From contig JAJRVL010000001.1 in the NCBI GenBank assembly GCA_024277355.1, positions 30,001 through 62,000 of the forward strand: DNA of 32,000 nt, written 5' to 3'. Shown one piece after another: positions 18,990 to 27,079 of this stretch (the first letter of the stretch is position 1; every line of letters starts with the position of its first letter). The notes beneath the pieces are model-generated. The model was not told where the DNA came from, searched no databases, and saw only the letters and a program-made list of their open reading frames with translations. The DNA comes from an archaeon. GTDB taxonomy: Archaea > Iainarchaeota > Iainarchaeia > Iainarchaeales > 1-14-0-10-31-34. Both the position numbers and the translations under genes were made by a program.

Positions 18990-19862
18990 TTAAATTAAAT
19001 TCTTAATAAATGAAAGAACATCTTTTCTTGTGTCATCTCTGGCTAAAGAATAAATTAATGCAGCTTTTAAGTAATTTAATTCATCTCCTACAGTAAGCCA
19101 TTTTCCTTCAATTTCGTGAGCCATAACTTTATCAATTTCATTTAAAACTTTTAATGCATCAGTTAACTGCAATTCATTTCCTTTACCAAAAGGAATTTCT
19201 TCAAGAATTCCAAAAACTTCAGGTTTAAGCAGATATCTTCCAACAATAGCAAGATTAGATGGAGCTTTGTTTGCAGGAGGTTTTTCAACCATTCCTTTAA
19301 CAACAATATCTCCTTGTTCTTTTTTGTATTTAATTACCCCATAACTTGAAACTTCTTTTTTTGAAACAGGAGCAACACATAAAACAGAAGCATTATGCCT
19401 GTTATAAATATCAATTAAATGCTTTAATTCAGGTTTTCTTGATAAAATTAAGTCATCCCCTAATAAAACAGCAAAAGGTTCTCCTCCAATATGTTTTTTT
19501 GCACATAAAACTGCATGCCCTAAACCTAAAGCTTCTTTTTGCCTTATGAAATGAATATCCGCTAAAGCATCAATTTTTTTAAGTTCATTTAAAGTATCTT
19601 TTTTTTGTTTTTTTTCAAGCTTGTCATATAATTCAAGGTTTCTGTCAAAATGGTCTTCAATTGCTCTTTTGTCTTTTCCTGTAACAATAATAATATCATC
19701 AATTCCTGAAGCAACAGCTTCTTCAACTAAATACTGAATTGCAGGTTTATCTACAACAGGAAACATTTCTTTTGGAACAGCTTTAGTTGCAGGCAGAAAT
19801 CTTGTACCTAAACCAGCAGCAGGAATAACAGCTTTTCTTACTTGCTTTAAATCCTTCACCAT
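18990..19862 (-). CDS. galU: UTP--glucose-1-phosphate uridylyltransferase
   Basis: VRKAVIPAAGLGTRFLPATKAVPKEMFPVVDKPAIQYLVEEA (GalU signature). Confidence 0.9.
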   Translation of the reverse strand: MVKDLKQVRKAVIPAAGLGTRFLPATKAVPKEMFPVVDKPAIQYLVEEAVASGIDDIIIVTGKDKRAIEDHFDRNLELYDKLEKKQKKDTLNELKKIDALADIHFIRQKEALGLGHAVLCAKKHIGGEPFAVLLGDDLILSRKPELKHLIDIYNRHNASVLCVAPVSKKEVSSYGVIKYKKEQGDIVVKGMVEKPPANKAPSNLAIVGRYLLKPEVFGILEEIPFGKGNELQLTDALKVLNEIDKVMAHEIEGKWLTVGDELNYLKAALIYSLARDDTRKDVLSFIKNLI

Positions 19863-21121
19863 AAAAATCCCTTATAATTTAAAGGCTTATTTTTATTAAA
19901 GATATTCCTTCCATCAAAAACAAGTTTATCTTTAAAATCAAGCAAAGAAAATTCTTTCCAGTCAGTTAAAATCAAAACAACATCAGCTAAATCAACTGCT
20001 TTTTGAGAAGAATCAAAATAATTAATTTCAGGGAATTCTTTATTCATGTTTTCTTCTGCTTTAGGATCAACAGCTAAAACTTCAGCTTTTTCTTCTAAAA
20101 GTATTTTAATTACAGGAATTGAACGGCTTTCCCTTATGTCGTCAGTTCCTTCCTTAAAAGCCAAACCTAAAACCGCAATTTTTTTGTTTTTTAATTCAGT
20201 TTCTTTTTTAACAAAATCCACAAAAGTTTTTGGTTGTGTTTCATTAACCTGAATTACAGCATCCAACAAAAAAGTATTTACTCCAAGAGATTTTCCTTCA
20301 GCAATTAAAGCTGTTACATCTTTAGGAAAACAGCTTCCTCCAAAACCTAAGCCTGCATTCAAAAAGAAAGGAGAAATTCGTTTGTCTAATCCAATTCCTT
20401 CAGAAACCTTATAAGTATCAATATCAAGTTTTTTGCAGATTTTACCTATTTCATTAATAAAAGAAATTTTTGCTGCAAGCAAAGAATTAGAAGCATATTT
20501 AATCATTTCAGCTTCAGAAAAATCACAAAAAAACTTTTGAGAAGAAAATTTTCCATAAACTTCTTCCATTACTTTTTTTGTTTCTTCACCCCTTAAACCT
20601 AAAATAATTCTGTCAGGATTCAAGAAATCCTGCAAAGCAAAACCTTCCCTTAAAGTTTCAGGATTCATACACAAACCAAATTCTCCAAGTTTTTTGCCTG
20701 AATTTTTTTCCAGCAAAGGCAAAACAATTTTTTCAGTAGTTGAAGGGATTACAGTGCTTTTAACTACAACAACATGAAAAGAATTTTTTTTAGCCAAAGC
20801 TTTTCCTAGTTCTTCAGAAACAACTTTAATTGCAGTTAAATCACATTTTCCTTTTTCATCACAAGGAGTCCCCACACAAATAAAAGAAACATCTGAATCC
20901 AAAACTGCTTTCTCAAGGTTGTCTGAAGCAGAAAGATTTGAAGGAACTGTCTTGTTTAATGCTTCCTCTAATCCTTTCTCAAAGATTGGAGGAATTTTAG
21001 AATTAATCATTTCAACTTTTTCTTTGTTGTTGTCAACACAAATAACTTTATGATTATTTAATGCTAAACCAACTCCTGTTATTAATCCAACATAACCTGT
21101 TCCAATAACTGAAATATTCAT
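19856..21121 (-). CDS. ugd: UDP-glucose 6-dehydrogenase (UDP-glucose/GDP-mannose dehydrogenase family)
   Basis: MNISVIGTGYVGLITGVGLA, GFGGSCFPKD catalytic Cys block. ATG 21121 with a GGGTG SD is preferred over TTG 21136. Overlaps the galU start by 7 nt. Confidence 0.85.
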   Translation of the reverse strand: MNISVIGTGYVGLITGVGLALNNHKVICVDNNKEKVEMINSKIPPIFEKGLEEALNKTVPSNLSASDNLEKAVLDSDVSFICVGTPCDEKGKCDLTAIKVVSEELGKALAKKNSFHVVVVKSTVIPSTTEKIVLPLLEKNSGKKLGEFGLCMNPETLREGFALQDFLNPDRIILGLRGEETKKVMEEVYGKFSSQKFFCDFSEAEMIKYASNSLLAAKISFINEIGKICKKLDIDTYKVSEGIGLDKRISPFFLNAGLGFGGSCFPKDVTALIAEGKSLGVNTFLLDAVIQVNETQPKTFVDFVKKETELKNKKIAVLGLAFKEGTDDIRESRSIPVIKILLEEKAEVLAVDPKAEENMNKEFPEINYFDSSQKAVDLADVVLILTDWKEFSLLDFKDKLVFDGRNIFNKNKPLNYKGFLW

Positions 21122-21205
21122 AAAAAACACCCACAAATAGCAATATACTAAACAAGAATAATAAGCTTTTAAAATAAGAATGATGCATATAAGGTAGGAT
21201 AGTGT

Positions 21206-22006
21206 ATGCGGAAAAGAGTTACTATTACAATTAAAGAAGACATCCTTAAACAGGCTGACAGAATAGTTGATGGATTAAGCATCAGGAGCAGAAGTCAGGC
21301 AATAGAATATCTTTTAAGCAAAATTCTGTCTGATTACCGGCTGAAAAATTCTTTAATTCTTGCAGGAGGAAAAGAACCAATTAAAGGAATAAAAACAAGA
21401 TTTTTGCTTGAAATAAACGGCAAAAGCATAATTGAAAAAATAATTGAGTATTTAGAGGAATTTAATACAGGAAAAATTATTGTAAGTTCTGATACAAATA
21501 AAGAATTAATAATAAAAGAATTAAACAAAAAAAAGATTTCAGTGGATTTCCTTGAATTAGAAAAAGCTTCAGGAACAATTGAACCATTAATTAAAATGAA
21601 AAACCAGTTTAAAGACAGTTTTGGAGTAATTCATGGAGACAGTTTATGCAGTTTAAATTTAAATGAAATGCTTTCATTTCATCAATCAAACAAGTCAATT
21701 GCAACAATTGCATTAACAACAGTCAATAACCCAAAAGATTATGGAGTTGCAGTTCTTGAAGGAAATCAAATAAAAAAATTCATTGAAAAACCAAAAAAAG
21801 AAGCTGAAAGTTATCTGATTAACGCAGGATATTATATTTTTGAACCGGAAATATTCAGGCATATTTCAAGAAACATGAAAAGCATTGAAAAAGATTTATT
21901 TCCAAAATTAGCAGAAAAAGGTTTATTAGCAGGATATCCTTTTCAGGGAATTTATGTTAATATTAATTCAAAAAAAGACTATGAAAAAGCAAAAAGGATT
22001 TTATAA
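21206..22006 (+). CDS. Ribbon-helix-helix (CopG-like) domain fused to a divergent sugar-phosphate nucleotidyltransferase domain
   Basis: N-terminus RVTITIKEDILKQADRIVDGLSIRSRSQAIEYLLSKIL (RHH beta strand plus helices). The NTP-transferase fold follows, but its G-loop reads LAGGKEPIKGIKTRF instead of GGxGTRLxPLT. Shares LEGNQIKKFIEKP with the paralogue at 22957. Confidence 0.7.
   Translation: MRKRVTITIKEDILKQADRIVDGLSIRSRSQAIEYLLSKILSDYRLKNSLILAGGKEPIKGIKTRFLLEINGKSIIEKIIEYLEEFNTGKIIVSSDTNKELIIKELNKKKISVDFLELEKASGTIEPLIKMKNQFKDSFGVIHGDSLCSLNLNEMLSFHQSNKSIATIALTTVNNPKDYGVAVLEGNQIKKFIEKPKKEAESYLINAGYYIFEPEIFRHISRNMKSIEKDLFPKLAEKGLLAGYPFQGIYVNINSKKDYEKAKRIL
21758..21789 (+). repeat. 32-nt segment identical to 23545-23576 (inside the paralogous nucleotidyltransferase genes)
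   Basis: GAAGGAAATCAAATAAAAAAATTCATTGAAAA occurs in both genes and encodes EGNQIKKFIEK. Confidence 0.6.
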
Positions 22007-22083
22007 AAAAAATTAAGAAAAATGAAATAAAAAAAAATAATTGAAATAAAATAAAAAAAACTAAAAGAATTTTATTTGAACCG

Positions 22084-22896
22084 TCAGAAAAAACTTTCAA
22101 ATAATTCTTTTTCTTCCAAAATTTGTTTTTCTGTTATTCCATTAAAATGCTCTATTATAACAGGAATATCTTTTAACTGCTTTATTGGCTTTAATAATTC
22201 CAGATCTTTTTCTTTTATTGGCTGATGAATTTTTCCGTCAACAGTATTATGTAAATGAATTTCCTTTATTTTTTCAGTAAAATTCATTAACTCTGAATAA
22301 GTATTATCAGTTAAACAATGGCCTAAATCAAAAAGCAAATTTAATGAAGGAAATTTATCAAATACTTTTCCAAAATTTTTGCCGTAAACCAAAGCTTTTT
22401 CTTCATTTGAAGTAATATTTTCAATTGCTAAAGTGAATTGTTTTTCATTTTTTTTAACTGCATAATCCAGTATATCAAACAAATTTTTCCAGCTTTGCTG
22501 AACATCAAGTTTTTTTTCAGTTTTTGTATCCCCTATTCCTCCAATATCTTCATAAGAAACCTCAAACATAAAGCCGGGGTGAAAAGACAAAATTTCAGCT
22601 TTAACTATTTCCCCGAATAAAAAAAAGTCATTAATAATTTCTTTGTTTTGATTAGTTAAACCCAAAGAAGGGTTAAACCAGATTTTTTCTTTCATTGGAG
22701 GAAATAAGCCGTGCAAAGTAAAAATTACATCAGGAAAATTATCCCTGATTTTTTCTGCGGTTTCCTTTAAATTTTCTTCAAAAGAATGCGCTGCACCTAA
22801 TTCAATTGTTTTAAAACCTAAAGAATAAGCTTTTTCAACTGAATCAAAAACTGAAAATTTTCTTGAAGCAAAATAACTCGTACTGATTCCAATCAT
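22084..22896 (-). CDS. Xylose-isomerase-like TIM-barrel protein (sugar phosphate isomerase/epimerase family)
   Basis: MIGISTSYFA...GFKTIELGAAH...HPG...LAIEN...DLGHC...HLHN pattern is typical of the AP_endonuc_2 / sugar isomerase TIM barrel. Confidence 0.65.
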   Translation of the reverse strand: MIGISTSYFASRKFSVFDSVEKAYSLGFKTIELGAAHSFEENLKETAEKIRDNFPDVIFTLHGLFPPMKEKIWFNPSLGLTNQNKEIINDFFLFGEIVKAEILSFHPGFMFEVSYEDIGGIGDTKTEKKLDVQQSWKNLFDILDYAVKKNEKQFTLAIENITSNEEKALVYGKNFGKVFDKFPSLNLLFDLGHCLTDNTYSELMNFTEKIKEIHLHNTVDGKIHQPIKEKDLELLKPIKQLKDIPVIIEHFNGITEKQILEEKELFESFF

Positions 22897-22956
22897 AAAA
22901 AAATAAATGATAGGTGGTTTTTTAAAGCAATATATTCATAATTTATATGAAAAAGT

Positions 22957-23802
22957 ATGAAGAAAAAAATTGAAAAAGAAAGAGTTACAATTAACATTGA
23001 CTCAAAAATTTTAAAGGAAATTGACACAACAGTTGATGGACATAAAACAAGAAACAGAAGCCATGCAATAGAACATTTAGTGAGAAAAGCCATGAACAAA
23101 GAAGGACTAACAACAGCATTTATTTTAGCCGGAGGAAAAGGAACAAGATTAAAACCTTTAACAGACAAAATAACCAAGCCAATGATTGAAGTAAACGGAA
23201 AACCAATTTTAGGTTATGTAATTGAACTGCTTGCAAAATACAAAATAAAAGAAGTAATTATTGCTTTAGGCTATAAAGGAGAACAAATACAGGAATACTT
23301 TGAAAACGGAGAAAAGTTTGGTTTAAACATCGATTATGTAAGAGAACAAGAACCATTAGGAACAGGCGGGCCTTTAAAGTTAGCAAAAAAATATATTGAA
23401 GAAGAATTTTTAATGTTTAATGGAGATAATTTAACTAATATTAATTTAGATGACATGTATTCATTTCACAAAAAAAACAAAGCTTATACAACTCTTGCAT
23501 TATCTTCAGTTAAAGACCCAAAAAATTTTGGAGTAATTGAATTAGAAGGAAATCAAATAAAAAAATTCATTGAAAAGCCTTCAAATCCTAAATCAAACTT
23601 AATTAATTCAGGAACATATATTCTGAAACCTGAAGTAATTGATATGATTCCAAAAGGATTTTCTTTAATTGAAAAAGATGTTTTTCCTAAGTTAAGCGAA
23701 CAAGGAAAATTATACGGCTATGTTTATAACGGCCAATGGTTTCCAACTGACACAATGGAAAGATATAATACAGCAAAAAAAGAATGGAAAGGAATAATTT
23801 AA
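22957..23802 (+). CDS. Ribbon-helix-helix domain fused to a canonical sugar-1-phosphate nucleotidyltransferase (probably mannose-1-phosphate guanylyltransferase-like)
   Basis: RVTINIDSKILKEIDTTVDGHKTRNRSHAIEHLVRKAM (RHH), then ILAGGKGTRLKPLTDKITKPMIEVNGKPIL, EPLGTGG, NGDNL. Immediately upstream of gmd. Confidence 0.75.
   Translation: MKKKIEKERVTINIDSKILKEIDTTVDGHKTRNRSHAIEHLVRKAMNKEGLTTAFILAGGKGTRLKPLTDKITKPMIEVNGKPILGYVIELLAKYKIKEVIIALGYKGEQIQEYFENGEKFGLNIDYVREQEPLGTGGPLKLAKKYIEEEFLMFNGDNLTNINLDDMYSFHKKNKAYTTLALSSVKDPKNFGVIELEGNQIKKFIEKPSNPKSNLINSGTYILKPEVIDMIPKGFSLIEKDVFPKLSEQGKLYGYVYNGQWFPTDTMERYNTAKKEWKGII
23545..23576 (+). repeat. 32-nt segment identical to 21758-21789
   Basis: Same sequence as the copy in the paralogue. 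Confidence 0.6.
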
Positions 23803-23812
23803 AGGTGATTAA

Positions 23813-24796
23813 ATGAAAAAAATATTAATAACAGGAATAAACGGCTTTGTCGGAAGCCATCTAGCTGAATATATAATAAACAACAATTTAGGTGAAGTTT
23901 ATGGAACTTACAGAACAAAAAATGAAGATTTCTCTAATACAAAACAAGTAAGAAAAAAAGTTGAATTAATTGAATGCGACATAACTGATTCTTATTCAGT
24001 TGACAAAACAATAGAAGAAGTAAAACCAGATTATATTTTTCATTTAGCAGCACAGGCTTTTGTTCCAAGTTCATGGAAGTCTCCAATTGAAACATTAAAT
24101 ACAAATATTATTGGTTCATTAAATTTATTTGAAGCAATAAAGAAAAACAATAAAAATATTGTAATTCAAATTGCAGGTTCAAGCGAAGAATATGGATTAG
24201 TAAAAGAAGATGAAGTTCCAATAAAAGAAACAAATCCTTTAAGGCCTTTAAGCCCTTATGGAGTAAGCAAAGTTTCAATGGACTTATTAGGATATCAATA
24301 TCATCAAAGTTATGGGCTTAAAATAATCAGAACCCGTGCTTTCAATCACGAAGGACCAAGAAGAGGAGAATCATATGTTACAAGCAATTTTGCAAAACAA
24401 GTTGCATTAATTGAAGCAGGAGAACAGGAACCATTAGTTAGAGTAGGAAATTTAGAAGCAAAAAGAGATTACACTGACGTAAGAGATATGGTTAGAGCTT
24501 ACTGGCTTGCAGTAGAAAAATGCATTCCTGGAGAAGTATATAATATTGCTTCAGGAAAAGCTTATGTAATTAAATCAATAATAGATATACTTCAAAAATT
24601 AAGTAAAAAAGAATTCAAAGTTGAACAGGATCCAAAAAGATTAAGGCCTTCAGATGTAGAAATCTTATTAGGAGACGCAACTAAATTCAAAAAACAAACA
24701 GGATGGGAACCTGAAATTTCATTTGAAAAAACAATGGAAGACTTGCTGGATTACTGGCGGGAAAAAATCAAATTAAACAACACAAGAAGAGAATAA
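23813..24796 (+). CDS. gmd: GDP-mannose 4,6-dehydratase (short SDR type; the related Rmd reductase is not excluded)
   Basis: ILITGINGFVGSHLAEY, YGVSKVSMD (YxxxK), RAFNHEGPRRGESYVTSNF (Gmd-type block), GWEPEISFEKTMEDLLDYWR. AGGTGAT SD. Confidence 0.75.
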   Translation: MKKILITGINGFVGSHLAEYIINNNLGEVYGTYRTKNEDFSNTKQVRKKVELIECDITDSYSVDKTIEEVKPDYIFHLAAQAFVPSSWKSPIETLNTNIIGSLNLFEAIKKNNKNIVIQIAGSSEEYGLVKEDEVPIKETNPLRPLSPYGVSKVSMDLLGYQYHQSYGLKIIRTRAFNHEGPRRGESYVTSNFAKQVALIEAGEQEPLVRVGNLEAKRDYTDVRDMVRAYWLAVEKCIPGEVYNIASGKAYVIKSIIDILQKLSKKEFKVEQDPKRLRPSDVEILLGDATKFKKQTGWEPEISFEKTMEDLLDYWREKIKLNNTRRE

Positions 24797-24827
24797 CTAA
24801 ATCTTTTCTTTTCAAATTTGATTTGTT

Positions 24828-25348
24828 ATGGACTTAAAAGAAAAAATAAGAAATATTCCTGATTTTCCTAAAAAAGGAATAATGTTCAGAGACATAACTA
24901 CTTTACTGCAGGATGCAGAAGCAACAAAAAAAGCAGTAAAAGAAATGCTTAAACCATTTGAAAACGAAAAAATTAATGCAGTAATTGGAATAGAAGCAAG
25001 AGGATTTATTTTTGGAGCAATAATGGCATATGAATTAGGAGTTTCTTTTGTTCCTGTAAGAAAACCAGGAAAACTTCCTTTTGAAACAGAAAAAGCAGTT
25101 TATGAAAAAGAATACGGAACAGATGAACTGCAAATACACAAAGATGCAATAAAAAAGGAGACAAAGTTTTAATTGCAGATGATTTACTGGCGGTTGGAGG
25201 AACTTCAAACGCAGTAAAAGAATTAGTTGAAAATTTAGGTGGAGAAATAATTGGTTTTTGTTTTTTAATTGAATTAAGTTTTTTAAACGGAAGAGAAAAA
25301 CTTAAACCGCATAAAATTTTTTCTTTAATTGATTATAATTCAGAGTGA
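24828..25348 (+). CDS. apt: Adenine phosphoribosyltransferase, reading frame interrupted (-1) at A AAA AAG
   Basis: Track ORF 24828..25172 gives IRNIPDFPKKGIMFRDITTLL...GIEARGFIFG...EYGTDELQIHKDAIKK, then a stop. The -1 frame from 25157 continues GDKVLIADDLLAVGGTSNAVKELVENLGGEIIGFCFLIELSFLNGREKL (PRPP-binding motif) to TGA 25346-25348. Confidence 0.85.
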
Positions 25349-25353
25349 TTAAT

Positions 25354-26127
25354 ATGATTGGATTAATTGGAGGCTCAGGATTTGAAGATCCTGACTTATT
25401 TAAATTAGAAGAAACAAAAAAAGTTTCAAATGAGTATGGAGAAACTTCTTCTCCGTTAAAAATTGGAACAATTGCAGGAAAAAAAGTTGTATTTATTTCA
25501 AGGCATGGAACAAAACATTTAGTTAATCCTTCAAATGTAAATTACCAAGCAAATATTAAAGCATTAAAAGATTTAGGAGTAAAAAAAATTCTGGCTTCTT
25601 CTGCTGTTGGCTCATTAAATGAAAATTTTAAGCCAGGAACATTAGCTTTTACTAATCAGTTTATTGATAGAACAACTAAAAGAATTCAGACTTTTTTTGA
25701 TAAAAAACAAGTCTGTCATATTTCTGTTGCAGATCCTTTCTGCGAAAAACTAAGGAAAAATTTAATTGATTCAGCAAAAGAATTAAACATTGAATTTCAT
25801 GAAAAAGGAACTTGTGTTGTAATTGAAGGCCCAAGGTTTTCAACTAAAGCTGAAAGCCATTTATTCAGGCAATGGAAAGCAGATTTAATTGGAATGACTT
25901 TAGTTCCTGAAGTTGTATTAGCAAGAGAAGCAGAAATTTGTTATGCTAATGTTTCAATGATAACAGATTATGATTCATGGAAAGAACAATCAGTTAATGT
26001 TGAAGAAGTAATGAAAATAATGAAAGAAAATTCAATGAAACTAAAAAATTTAATTAAAACTGTTATTCCAAAAATTTCAGAAAAAGAATGTGAATGCAAT
26101 ACAGCATTAAAGAATGCATTGATTTAA
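25354..26127 (+). CDS. mtnP: S-methyl-5'-thioadenosine phosphorylase
   Basis: MIGLIGGSGF...ISRHGTKHLVNPSNVNYQANIKALKDLGVKKILASSAVGSL...GMTLVPE. ATG 25354 with a GAGTGAT SD is preferred over GTG 25345. Confidence 0.85.
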   Translation: MIGLIGGSGFEDPDLFKLEETKKVSNEYGETSSPLKIGTIAGKKVVFISRHGTKHLVNPSNVNYQANIKALKDLGVKKILASSAVGSLNENFKPGTLAFTNQFIDRTTKRIQTFFDKKQVCHISVADPFCEKLRKNLIDSAKELNIEFHEKGTCVVIEGPRFSTKAESHLFRQWKADLIGMTLVPEVVLAREAEICYANVSMITDYDSWKEQSVNVEEVMKIMKENSMKLKNLIKTVIPKISEKECECNTALKNALI

Positions 26128-26129
26128 CA

Positions 26130-27020
26130 TCACATTTTTTCAAGTGCAGCAATTCTTTCTTCTACTGGAGGATGAGTATTAAACATTCCTTTAAACCAGG
26201 ATTTATGTTTTTTCTTAAATGGATTAGAAATATATAAATTTTCTGTTGCTTCATTTGCTACTTCTAATGGTTCCTGATCTTTTGAAATTTTTCTTAAAGC
26301 ATCAGCCAACCCTTTAGGATATCTTGTAATTAAGGCGCCGTCAGCGTCAGCTAAAAATTCTCTTTTCCTTGAAATAGCAAACTTGATTATTTGAGCGATA
26401 ACTGGAGTTAAAATTGCTAAAATTAAACCAAAAACAATAAAAGCAATCTGAATGTTTCCGCCTCCTCTTCTGCTTCTTCCTCCGCCCCACAAAAAACTTC
26501 TCAAAATAATATTGCTTAATAACGCAGTGGTTCCAACCATTACAGTAACTAACATCATAAATCTAATATCATAATTTTTTATATGAGACATTTCATGACC
26601 TATTACTCCTTCTAATTCTAATCGGTTTAATCTTTGGACTGCACCTTTAGTTACAACTATTACTGCATGCTCTGGATCTCTGCCTGTAGCAAAAGCATTA
26701 ATTGCCGTGTCATCAATCATATATAATTTTGGTTTAGGTATTCCTGCTGCAATAGCTAAACCTTCAACTGAATTAAATAAATGAGGAAATTCTTTTTCTT
26801 TTACTTCTTTTGCTTTTGAAATTGATAAAACTAATGAATCACTTTTATAAAAAGCAGAAAAAATCATTATTATTGCAATAAAAAAAGCAATAAAAATTCC
26901 AAAATAACCTAAACCAAAAATTTCACTAAAAACCCAGCCTAAAAGTAAATTAAATAAAAAAAAGAAAGCAAACAATAAAATTGAATTTCTCTTGTTTGCT
27001 GCAATTCTGTCATAAATCAT
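26130..27020 (-). CDS. htpX: HtpX-like M48 zinc metalloprotease
   Basis: Two N-terminal TM spans, HEMSHIKNYD (HExxH), further TM spans, REFLADADGALIT, THPPVEERIAAL. Confidence 0.9.
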   Translation of the reverse strand: MIYDRIAANKRNSILLFAFFFLFNLLLGWVFSEIFGLGYFGIFIAFFIAIIMIFSAFYKSDSLVLSISKAKEVKEKEFPHLFNSVEGLAIAAGIPKPKLYMIDDTAINAFATGRDPEHAVIVVTKGAVQRLNRLELEGVIGHEMSHIKNYDIRFMMLVTVMVGTTALLSNIILRSFLWGGGRSRRGGGNIQIAFIVFGLILAILTPVIAQIIKFAISRKREFLADADGALITRYPKGLADALRKISKDQEPLEVANEATENLYISNPFKKKHKSWFKGMFNTHPPVEERIAALEKM

Positions 27021-27079
27021 TTAATCAATAAAATTAAATAACGAAAAAGTATTTAAAAGCTAAATTTAATCTTTCTATT

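Noticed and set aside
21139-22934. Shared 9-mer AGCAATATA upstream of both RHH-nucleotidyltransferase genes (21139-21147 and 22926-22934) as a possible auto-operator.
   Set aside because: A 9-mer of mostly A/T between two ~65-nt AT-rich spacers has a non-negligible chance expectation (my rough estimate is about 0.1). The distance to the start codon also differs (about 59 versus 23 nt). It is worth testing only alongside the stronger 13-mer.
22893-23177. 94-aa minus-strand ORF spanning the TIM-barrel/RHH-NTP divergent promoter.
   Set aside because: It overlaps the well-supported plus-strand RHH N-terminus and the intergenic promoter. Its sequence is hydrophobic low-complexity, and it would extend the TIM-barrel gene's strand with no motif support.
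25157-25230. Downstream stimulatory hairpin or pseudoknot after the apt heptamer, and likewise after the 28876-28883 site.
   Set aside because: By eye I found only 4-bp complementarities with long loops, nothing comparable to the 9-bp stem at the GT4 site, so no structure is claimed there.
1615-25345. Upstream GTG/TTG/ATG starts proposed by the ORF track (1615, 9790, 10410, 12541, 17598, 21136, 25345).
   Set aside because: For six of the seven, an internal ATG a few codons downstream is preceded at 4-8 nt by a GGTGA/AGGAG-type SD, often formed by the rejected start itself, and gives the canonical family N-terminus. The longer versions add non-conserved residues or overlap the upstream gene. 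For TTG 12541 no SD is evident before ATG 12529; the ATG is preferred only because it gives the typical flippase N-terminus.
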